From the IMG/VR virus record IMGVR_UViG_3300012352_000310, positions 64,001-114,375 of that record: a DNA stretch of 50,375 bases; one strand, written 5' to 3'. Position numbers and translations under genes: made by a program. The notes below the pieces were generated by a model. That model did not search any database, had not been told where the DNA came from, and saw only the letters and a program-made list of their open reading frames with translations. The first letter of the stretch is position 1, and every line of letters starts with the position of its first letter. Below, one piece after another: positions 15,959 through 23,344 of the stretch. The stretch comes from a virus (Duplodnaviria; Heunggongvirae; Uroviricota; Caudoviricetes).

Positions 15959-18115
15959 TCAAGCCACGTAGCCGATGAAACGATCCAAAAGAACTCGACT
16001 ATGCTTCTTAGTGTTGAACTGCTTGGTGAACTTACGTGCAATAGCAGCTGCTGACAGGTCAGAATCAACTTCCAGTTCAGAGTCTACGATCTTTGTAGAG
16101 GTATCAGGAATCACAAACAATTCATCTCGACCAGTACCCATCATCGAATAGAAACCATTCTCACGGAATTGCGAGCGCATAGTTTCAATTTCGTTTTCTC
16201 CGGCGCTTTCTCCGAGGTTATCGCGAAAAACATCAGAAAGAACTCGACGACGATTCTGACAGATATAGAAACCAAGTGAAGCTACATCGTATCGGTCTTT
16301 AATAAACTTCAGCAACGTTTCAGTTTGGCTTTGAGAATCTGGGCGAATATGGTACGTCTTTTGAGTCTTAGGATCACGAATAAAGTTTTTGATCTTCATT
16401 CTCTTAGCCAAGGCTTCGTTGTACCCAAACTCTTTCATGTAATTTCCGCTGTACGCCAAAGTTCCACCTTGACCATCGGTGAGCGTAATCATAGTCATCT
16501 TTTCGATGTTATTACGACGAGTGAACTCAGGAATAAAGTCAACCATGTACAGAAGAGCTTCATTCAAAGGAGTGTCACCTAGGTTGTAACCTAGACAGCG
16601 CTGAGCTTGAAAGCTAGAGAATCGACGTGCGACAGTCATGAACTCATTATTAGTCATCTTAGATGAAAACAGATTCAGCAAACTGAAGCGGCCATCAGAG
16701 AAAATCAAGTCTTTATCAGCATTTGTAGAAACTTCACGAATATAATTGTTGTTAGTGTAAGTCTTCTCATGAGTCCAAGTGCCGTTGTACTGACCGCTGA
16801 AAGCGTATACTTCAAATGGGATATTGATTCGACGGCAGAACATCACGAGGTTGATAACTTGACGCACAGTCTGCAGAATCACATCTTGCATAGAACCAGA
16901 CCAATCGAGCAAGAAAACCATACCGTGATTCTTACCTTCAGGCACAGTCATTACTCGGCGAAAGATGTCGTCGGTAAGCTTATAAGCGTGAATCTTGTTC
17001 ATATTCAACGAACCAGACTTAGAGATTTGAGCTCGACGATAAGCCTGAGCAGACTTACGCATCTCAAATTCTTTGACAAGATAGTTCACCACACGCTCAG
17101 AGTCGAGCATGAACTTTTCAAAGTCTTTCTTATGATTGTGGTAACCATTGAGTGCTTCATCAGCTATCCACTGGTCTGCTTCTGCAGTCTCAGCAATAAC
17201 TTTCTTGAATGGAACTACTGGGTCATGCGAAAGACCAGTGAAGAATTCATAGTATTGGTAGCTGATACTATCATCAGCAAGTTCTTCAAGAGACTTATTC
17301 AAGTTCTTGTCAGTTTGAGACTCAAGGTCTTCATCTGTTACGTCAACGTCGCCTTTAACAGACTTGTTGTTCTTAAGTTCGTCTTCGATTTTCTCAGCAT
17401 CTTCATCAGCTTCGTATTCGTCGAACTGGTGAGCCAATTCATCTTCGTCGTCTTCAAGACCCATGTCGAAATCGTCTTCACCGCTTTCTTCGTCTTCGTC
17501 GTCAGAACCACCAAAAGCGATATCTTCATGAGCAGTCTCAGCTTTACGCTTTTGCATCTCTTCTTTAGAGAACTCATAGATTTCTTTAGCAACTTCGATT
17601 GCTTCTTCAATAGTCTCAGCACGATCAACTTTGTTCACAAGCACTTTCTCAGCTTCAGTGAACTTAACACCGATGGTGATACCAGCTTTGAAATAGAGAT
17701 TGATTCGATCGATGAAAAGCATTTCGTTGACGTCACGGCCTTTCAACTTAAAGAAGTCACGATCAACTAGTTGTTTGTAAGCAGCAAAGAAAGTCTTACG
17801 AACGCCAGGAAAGCGTCGCTTCATTAGCTTCTCAATACGAGCGTCTTCAACGACGTTCATGTAACCATGCATTGAACGCTGCATGTTGCCTTTGTAAGAC
17901 TCGATAGCTTTAACCCATGCATCAGCATCAGTAAAAAGCGCATGGCCAACTTCATGACATTGCATCATGTCTTCAATTTCACGAGTCATGTCTTTCCACA
18001 GAGGAAGAGTAAGAACTCGACTGCCAACGTCAAAGCTTGCAGTCTTTGCGTTTGCACGAACAACCGTAATGTTTTCTTGAGCTAGTAGCTTTGCGCCAAG
18101 ATCTGATGCTTGCAT
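15959..18115 (-). CDS. CobT-like protein: N-terminal HExxH metallopeptidase-like domain, acidic linker, C-terminal vWA domain
   Basis: HEVGH plus NVVEDARIE; D/E-rich linker; MIDAS motif DWSGS with GDTPLNEAL and LTDGQG; adjacent to a MoxR-type AAA+. Confidence 0.88.
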   Translation of the reverse strand: MQASDLGAKLLAQENITVVRANAKTASFDVGSRVLTLPLWKDMTREIEDMMQCHEVGHALFTDADAWVKAIESYKGNMQRSMHGYMNVVEDARIEKLMKRRFPGVRKTFFAAYKQLVDRDFFKLKGRDVNEMLFIDRINLYFKAGITIGVKFTEAEKVLVNKVDRAETIEEAIEVAKEIYEFSKEEMQKRKAETAHEDIAFGGSDDEDEESGEDDFDMGLEDDEDELAHQFDEYEADEDAEKIEDELKNNKSVKGDVDVTDEDLESQTDKNLNKSLEELADDSISYQYYEFFTGLSHDPVVPFKKVIAETAEADQWIADEALNGYHNHKKDFEKFMLDSERVVNYLVKEFEMRKSAQAYRRAQISKSGSLNMNKIHAYKLTDDIFRRVMTVPEGKNHGMVFLLDWSGSMQDVILQTVRQVINLVMFCRRINIPFEVYAFSGQYNGTWTHEKTYTNNNYIREVSTNADKDLIFSDGRFSLLNLFSSKMTNNEFMTVARRFSSFQAQRCLGYNLGDTPLNEALLYMVDFIPEFTRRNNIEKMTMITLTDGQGGTLAYSGNYMKEFGYNEALAKRMKIKNFIRDPKTQKTYHIRPDSQSQTETLLKFIKDRYDVASLGFYICQNRRRVLSDVFRDNLGESAGENEIETMRSQFRENGFYSMMGTGRDELFVIPDTSTKIVDSELEVDSDLSAAAIARKFTKQFNTKKHSRVLLDRFIGYVA

Positions 18116-18145
18116 AATGTAGATTCCTTGTCAATCAATAGAGGT

Positions 18146-18174
18146 ATTATACAACAGATTTGATTTATTGTACA
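18146..18174 (-). promoter_or_regulatory. sigma70-like early promoter (copy 2)
   Basis: TGTACA-N17-TATAAT; 29/30 nt identical to 18367-18396. Confidence 0.85.
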
Positions 18175-18344
18175 CCGTCAAGCCGAAAGCATCGATTTGG
18201 AGAGACGTAGCAGTTCCAAGCTTTGTTAGGTCCAGACATGACTTTGTGAGTGACACTATTTGTCTGAATAGGCACTTGTCCATAAGGCGTGTAGACAGCG
18301 CAGCCAGACAGACTTAGAATTGCTAGGATGAGTATTGTTTTCAT
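18165..18344 (-). CDS. small lipoprotein (59 aa; not in the ORF track)
   Basis: MKTILILAILSLSG-C: basic N-terminus, hydrophobic core and lipobox LSGC; has its own promoter directly upstream. Confidence 0.75.
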   Translation of the reverse strand: MKTILILAILSLSGCAVYTPYGQVPIQTNSVTHKVMSGPNKAWNCYVSPNRCFRLDGVQ

Positions 18345-18366
18345 GTGTTTACCAATCTATGGAGTA

Positions 18367-18395
18367 ATTATACACCAGATTTGATTTATTGTACA
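18367..18395 (-). promoter_or_regulatory. sigma70-like early promoter (copy 3)
   Basis: TGTACA-N17-TATAAT; near-identical to copy 2. Confidence 0.85.
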
Positions 18396-18406
18396 CATGC
18401 TCAGTG

Positions 18407-18435
18407 AAAAAACTGTAACCAAAAGGTTACAGTTT
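18407..18435 (-). terminator. Rho-independent terminator after gene 46
   Basis: AAACUGUAACC-UUUU-GGUUACAGUUU followed by a U-run. Confidence 0.8.
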
Positions 18436-18442
18436 GATGGAC

Positions 18443-20155
18443 TTAGGCAATTACAGAAAAGTCGTTCTTCTTTTCTATCTTTATCACTGAATGGAATTTA
18501 TCGAAGAGAAGGTCTCCTTTGTGGCTGATAACAAAGATGTTCGTGTCTTCTCCAAACTGGTCCAGCAGTGCCATAAAGCTTTCAGTTCCAGCCGAATCTA
18601 AAGATGAGTCCATGATTTCATCAAAGATGAGAAGGTTAGTGTTCACAGAATTCTTCATCTTAGCGATTTGGCGCCAAGTAAACAATATTGCAAGGTCGAT
18701 ACGTTGTTTCTCGCCTTCAGAGAATGAAGCATACGTAAATTCATCTCGGAATCTAGACTTAATAACTTCATTGAAGCCTTCATCCAATTCGAAGTGGATA
18801 TAAGAATCCATGATGTTCAGATACTTGTTGATGAGTTTATTCATCACTGGAAGATATTCTCTGATGATGGCAGTCTTGATACCGTTATCGCGTAGAAGAA
18901 GAGAAGCAATTTCTTGAAGATTCTTCTGTTCACTCAGTTGAGTCTTTGCTTCGAGCATTAGCATTGCGTCTTCAGCAAGTTTCTTCAGCTTATTCTTTTC
19001 TTCATCGATGTTGGTAGTATCTTTCTTATGATCTTTGATTTCAGTTTGAAGAGCAGCTATCTGTTTGTTTAGAATAGAGATAGTGTTATTGCAAGTAGAA
19101 AGCTCAATGTTCTTCTGTGTTAAAGACTTATTGAGTTCTGCAATCTTCTCTAGCTTAGAGTTAAGTTTTTCTAAGCATGACTCTAAAATATCTTTCTCGC
19201 CTTCATACTTATCAAGATCACTTTTAGCAGCAGTGATAGTAGATTCTTTATGACTATGCGGAATCTTCTGCTGGCATGACGGGCAGTCTTCACTGTCATG
19301 CATGAACTGAATCTGTTCTTGTATAGAATCAAGTCTAGCTTCAAGTTTGTTCTTAGCAGTTGTGACTTTCTTAAGATCTGCTTTTACCGTTTGTTCTTCG
19401 GATGCTGTCTGAACAAGTTTTTCAACCTCAGCCTGAAGGATGCTTGATTTTGCTGTCGCCGTTTCGATTTCGAGCAAACATTCACGAATCTTCGTGTCCA
19501 GTTTTTCAACAGTAGAATCTCTCGCCTCGTTAATCGTCGCGATAAGTTTTTTCTGCGCACTTACTTTCTCCTTAGCTAGTGTCACCGCATCTTCAATACG
19601 AGTAACTTCTTCTTTAGTACCTTGAACTTTTTCACGTAGAAGCTGATTCATGATAGAGAAGATTCTGATATCTAGAATGTCTTCAATAACTTCACGGCGT
19701 TGGCCAGTTGGTAGTTGCATGAATGGTACAAAGGACGCAGCACCAAGAATAACGACTTGTGTAAACGTCTTATAGTTCAAACGAAGAATCTGTTGTTCAA
19801 GAACTTTCTGATAATCCTTGACAGCAGCATCTTGATTTAGCATGATGCCATTACACCAGATCTCAAAAATTCCTGGCTTCATACCTCGTTTGATGAGATA
19901 CTCTTTATCACCAATAGAAAATTCAACTTCAACAAGACAATTCTTACCGTTGATAGAGTTGATCAACTGAGGCTTGTTGATTGAACGAAACGGTTTACCG
20001 AATAAAGCATACGTCAATGCGTCGAGCATAGTAGACTTGCCTTCACCGTTCTTACCAATAACAAGAGTGCTGTGAGCTTTGTTAAGAAGAATAGTGTTGG
20101 CAGAGTTACCTGTCGACAAAAAGTTTTTGTAGGTTACAGACTTAAATACAATCAT
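18443..20155 (-). CDS. 46: gp46 recombination endonuclease ATPase subunit (SbcC/Rad50-like)
   Basis: GKNGEGKST, coiled coil with CPSCQQ zinc hook, FSEGEKQRIDL, LIFDE and VISH. Confidence 0.97.
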   Translation of the reverse strand: MIVFKSVTYKNFLSTGNSANTILLNKAHSTLVIGKNGEGKSTMLDALTYALFGKPFRSINKPQLINSINGKNCLVEVEFSIGDKEYLIKRGMKPGIFEIWCNGIMLNQDAAVKDYQKVLEQQILRLNYKTFTQVVILGAASFVPFMQLPTGQRREVIEDILDIRIFSIMNQLLREKVQGTKEEVTRIEDAVTLAKEKVSAQKKLIATINEARDSTVEKLDTKIRECLLEIETATAKSSILQAEVEKLVQTASEEQTVKADLKKVTTAKNKLEARLDSIQEQIQFMHDSEDCPSCQQKIPHSHKESTITAAKSDLDKYEGEKDILESCLEKLNSKLEKIAELNKSLTQKNIELSTCNNTISILNKQIAALQTEIKDHKKDTTNIDEEKNKLKKLAEDAMLMLEAKTQLSEQKNLQEIASLLLRDNGIKTAIIREYLPVMNKLINKYLNIMDSYIHFELDEGFNEVIKSRFRDEFTYASFSEGEKQRIDLAILFTWRQIAKMKNSVNTNLLIFDEIMDSSLDSAGTESFMALLDQFGEDTNIFVISHKGDLLFDKFHSVIKIEKKNDFSVIA

Positions 20156-20283
20156 TTACTCAACACTCTCATACAATACCAAAATGAGTTTGTCTGACGG
20201 CATTCATCCCAAACCTGCATTTCTAACCACATAGCAGTTACTATCACTGCAAGGAGACAAGCGTATATTAGAACAGTCTTCAT
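20152..20283 (-). CDS. small membrane protein (43 aa; not in the ORF track)
   Basis: MKTVLIYACLLAVIVTAMWLEMQVWDECRQTNSFWYCMRVLSK; ATGA overlaps at both ends couple it to genes 47 and 46. Confidence 0.75.
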   Translation of the reverse strand: MKTVLIYACLLAVIVTAMWLEMQVWDECRQTNSFWYCMRVLSK

Positions 20284-21335
20284 ACAACCTCGACGTTAAT
20301 AGCTTCTGTGTATAGTGATTTCATATAATTTTTGATCTTTTCTTTATCAACGTCGGTTTGTACCGAGTCAATGTAGTTGGACAAGATGCTTAGAGTGTCT
20401 TCAAGGTCGATGTTTTCATCAACTTCACCCTGTTGAAACTCTGACATGTCTTCCACTATTTTAATATCGTGAGCACCTTTTGTATACAGCTTATTGATGA
20501 ATTGGTCAAACTTATAGTAGTCTGTCTTATTCACAACAACTAACTTCACGTATGTCTCTTTTAGATCAAGAGAATCTAGGTTGATTGGTTCCATGTTCTT
20601 GTCGTTGTATTCTAAACGAACAAACATGGTGTATGGATTCTGATAAAAATCTAGCTGCCTAGTGGATGTGTCGAAGATGTGGAATCCTTTTGGGTCTCCG
20701 TAGTCTTGCCAAGTGAGTTCGTACGGCGTTCCAAGATACGTAATATTACCTTTAGTCGAGCGATGGTGATAGTGTCCAGAAAATACGGTGTCAAATCTCT
20801 TGAACGAATCAGGTGAAATGCCGCCTTCACTAGCATGGCCACGATACATTTCGAAGCCAGCAATTTCCAAGTGTCCCATGCAGACTTCAGCTTCAGTATT
20901 TTTGATCTCATTAAAACTCTCTGTGTAGTTGTCAGCACAGATCCAAGGAATCATAACGATCTTAGTGCCGTCTAGTTCTATAGTGGTTGGCTTTGAAATT
21001 GAAACGATGTTTTCATACTCTAGAAGCATTAGATCGATCGTGTTTACTTCATTAGTGTTCTTATAGAAAGTATCGTGATTGCCGATGATGATGTAAGCAG
21101 TCATTCCCTTTTTCTGCATTACATCAAAGAAAATATCTTTTGCTGCTTTGACAGTTGCGTGGTTTGAGTACTTACGTCTATCAAACGTGTCGCCAAGCAT
21201 AAGCACTGTAGTAATACCTTGAGCTTCTAGCTGTGGGAAGAAGTAGTTCTCATAGAACTTTCTATAGAATTCTACGAATGCTTGAGAGTCATTACGAGCT
21301 CCCCAGTGTGTGTCAGTGATGATAGCTACTTTCAA
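20280..21335 (-). CDS. 47: gp47 recombination nuclease subunit (SbcD/Mre11-like)
   Basis: ITDTHWG, LGDTFD, GNHD and SGHYH metallophosphoesterase motifs; TTG start. Confidence 0.96.
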   Translation of the reverse strand: MKVAIITDTHWGARNDSQAFVEFYRKFYENYFFPQLEAQGITTVLMLGDTFDRRKYSNHATVKAAKDIFFDVMQKKGMTAYIIIGNHDTFYKNTNEVNTIDLMLLEYENIVSISKPTTIELDGTKIVMIPWICADNYTESFNEIKNTEAEVCMGHLEIAGFEMYRGHASEGGISPDSFKRFDTVFSGHYHHRSTKGNITYLGTPYELTWQDYGDPKGFHIFDTSTRQLDFYQNPYTMFVRLEYNDKNMEPINLDSLDLKETYVKLVVVNKTDYYKFDQFINKLYTKGAHDIKIVEDMSEFQQGEVDENIDLEDTLSILSNYIDSVQTDVDKEKIKNYMKSLYTEAINVEVV

Positions 21336-21532
21336 TCTTTATTCTCCCATGCCCAATGAATAACTTTCCAATCTTCAATGCAGTTTTCTCTAGAAAGATC
21401 TGGGTCTTTTACATTCTGAATCATCTTAGTAGACCAGTATGTGTAATAAGATGCTATGATCTGATCTTCAGTCCACGTCTCAACTACGTCTTGACCAAAC
21501 TCACCAGGAAATGCTATAGACCACTTTTTCAT
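21332..21532 (-). CDS. hypothetical protein (Trp-rich, 66 aa)
   Basis: Overlap-coupled ORF within the operon. Confidence 0.65.
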   Translation of the reverse strand: MKKWSIAFPGEFGQDVVETWTEDQIIASYYTYWSTKMIQNVKDPDLSRENCIEDWKVIHWAWENKD

Positions 21533-21945
21533 TTTGTCTTCTTAAGTTGCTGCGCTTCTTCAACACGTTTACGCAATTCAGTAGTACTAAAACTATGGCG
21601 TCGCTTATTGAAGTAAGCAGCGATTGGAAGATCGTAACCAGTGAATTGCTTATCGCGGTACTCTTCGCCAAGAATGCGAACATCGATAGGATAACTTTGT
21701 AGAATATCTAGTAAGTCTTTTTCAGTAGCGTAAGGAACAATCTCATCGACATACTTGCATGCATCTAATTGAACGAATCGTTCGAACACAGATTGAATAG
21801 GCTTATTCTTTTCAGGACGATCGATCGTAGGATCAGTTTGTAGACCTACAATAAGATAATCACATTGCGCTTTTGCTTCTTTAAGCATCATAATGTGACC
21901 TGCATGAAACAAATCAAAGCAGGAACAAGTAAAACCAATTTTCAT
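21529..21945 (-). CDS. cytidylyltransferase (TagD / glycerol-3-phosphate cytidylyltransferase-like)
   Basis: HxGH motif FDLFHAGH, LIVGLQTD and a C-terminal HSFSTTELR. Confidence 0.9.
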   Translation of the reverse strand: MKIGFTCSCFDLFHAGHIMMLKEAKAQCDYLIVGLQTDPTIDRPEKNKPIQSVFERFVQLDACKYVDEIVPYATEKDLLDILQSYPIDVRILGEEYRDKQFTGYDLPIAAYFNKRRHSFSTTELRKRVEEAQQLKKTK

Positions 21946-22109
21946 AAAGGACCTTTCTCAACACCAAACTCACTTAAGATTTGTTTGGCAACATTACCAT
22001 ACCATTGGATGGCATCTTCTTCATAATCAAAGTGTGGACTTAAGCATTCATCACTTTCATCATCAACCCAGTAGTAGACTTGATTTCTATCGTCAATCTC
22101 TAGTCTCAT
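21942..22109 (-). CDS. small acidic hypothetical protein (55 aa; not in the ORF track)
   Basis: MRLEIDDRNQVYYWVDDESDECLSPHFDYEEDAIQW...; ATGA overlap with the cytidylyltransferase gene. Confidence 0.7.
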   Translation of the reverse strand: MRLEIDDRNQVYYWVDDESDECLSPHFDYEEDAIQWYGNVAKQILSEFGVEKGPL

Positions 22110-22230
22110 ACACTACACCGTACTGTTTATAAAGCCATTGAACGAACTTGCGAACTTCTTCGGTTTGAAATTCTTTGTTATAGACTTGTTCAGCTAACTT
22201 GACTCTGTCTAACCATTCTTTATCAGTCAT
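22093..22230 (-). CDS. small hypothetical protein (45 aa; not in the ORF track)
   Basis: MTDKEWLDRVKLAEQVYNKEFQTEEVRKFVQWLYKQYGVVYETRD; overlaps the end of gene 55. Confidence 0.7.
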   Translation of the reverse strand: MTDKEWLDRVKLAEQVYNKEFQTEEVRKFVQWLYKQYGVVYETRD

Positions 22231-22822
22231 TGTCTTCACCTTCGATATCTTCTATGATGTCATCAATCATCTTAGGAGTGTCATCTTGCCCTTCGCCTTC
22301 AAAGAAATTTTCAAGCGATTGCTTCTTCTTTTCTTTAGCCTTTTCTTTCTTCTTAATGAATGAATCATCAAAGTTCTGATTAGCTTGAATGAAAGACATG
22401 TATGCGTTTTTAAAGTCAGCGTCGTCATCATGGCCTTGAACTTCAAAAGAATCAAACGCCATCTCTTGGATTAGCTTACCTCGAATGTATGACTGCTTCT
22501 TCTCCTTAGCAATTCTGCGAAGGAAAGCGAAATAGATGACTTGGGTGAAGTATGAGAATGGATTAGACGATTTTGCTGGATCGAACGAATGCATACACAT
22601 CATGCAGTTTTCGATGCCGTCTAAGATCATATCATCGCGATATGAGTAATTGATGAAGTTAGCTTTGCGGGATAAATTTGTTGCGATCTTTAGGATGCAC
22701 TCACCAAGGTATTCTGGAATACGAGGTGCTTCTTTTCCGGTGGCTTTGGCTTCTTCTATGTCTGCTCTATATTGCGTGACTGCTGCCAGCATCTGAGCAT
22801 TATTTACGTAATGGGTTGCCAT
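22223..22822 (-). CDS. 55: gp55 late-transcription sigma factor
   Basis: HYVNN...YLGECILKIA...NFINYSYRDDMILDGIENC...NPFSYFTQVIYFAFLRRI. Confidence 0.97.
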   Translation of the reverse strand: MATHYVNNAQMLAAVTQYRADIEEAKATGKEAPRIPEYLGECILKIATNLSRKANFINYSYRDDMILDGIENCMMCMHSFDPAKSSNPFSYFTQVIYFAFLRRIAKEKKQSYIRGKLIQEMAFDSFEVQGHDDDADFKNAYMSFIQANQNFDDSFIKKKEKAKEKKKQSLENFFEGEGQDDTPKMIDDIIEDIEGEDND

Positions 22823-22851
22823 TGGACCTCTTTCTGTTATAGTATGCTACC

Positions 22852-22880
22852 ATTATACACTATAGAAAGATTGCATGTAA
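22852..22880 (-). promoter_or_regulatory. sigma70-like promoter for gene 55 (TTACAT-N17-TATAAT)
   Basis: Perfect -10 with TG extension; weaker -35. Confidence 0.6.
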
Positions 22881-22893
22881 TATCAATTTGACC

Positions 22894-22922
22894 TGTACAG
22901 AATTCTCGGTACGGTGTATAAT
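22894..22922 (+). promoter_or_regulatory. antisense-oriented sigma70-like promoter TGTACA-N17-TATAAT
   Basis: Exact match to the phage early motif but on the plus strand; back-to-back with the gene 55 promoter. Confidence 0.6.
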
Positions 22923-22939
22923 GTATCTCTAGGAAAACA

Positions 22940-23344
22940 CTAATGGACGTTATGATTAGTAGGTATAATCAAAAATCCTTCATCAAGATTAGGTTCTTCC
23001 TCTTGATCTTCTTCTTGCTGTTCATCATTGAACTGTACATTATCAAGATCACCATCTTGTTCGTTTAGGAACGATTCCAACAAACTGCCATAGTACTTAG
23101 CAATCTTAGGATTGAGTGGCTTAACGAACAAAACAAATCTTCTATCAAACGAGTACTCACGCTCCAGCGTCAAAGCGCAAAACGGCTGTGTGATAGTCTT
23201 CTCAACAGTGCCACCGTCTGTGCTCACCTGCACTAATCTAATAGCAATAGGATCAGCCACCATCAATGTATCTTCAACATCATTGATGACTGTAGCCATG
23301 AACATGTCGCCGTTGATCAGCTTAACAATGACTGGATCACTCAA
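22940..23344 (-). CDS. conserved hypothetical protein downstream of uvsW (possible Sm-like fold, acidic tail)
   Basis: VKLINGDMFMATV N-terminus; position between uvsW and 55. Confidence 0.7.
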   Translation of the reverse strand: MSDPVIVKLINGDMFMATVINDVEDTLMVADPIAIRLVQVSTDGGTVEKTITQPFCALTLEREYSFDRRFVLFVKPLNPKIAKYYGSLLESFLNEQDGDLDNVQFNDEQQEEDQEEEPNLDEGFLIIPTNHNVH

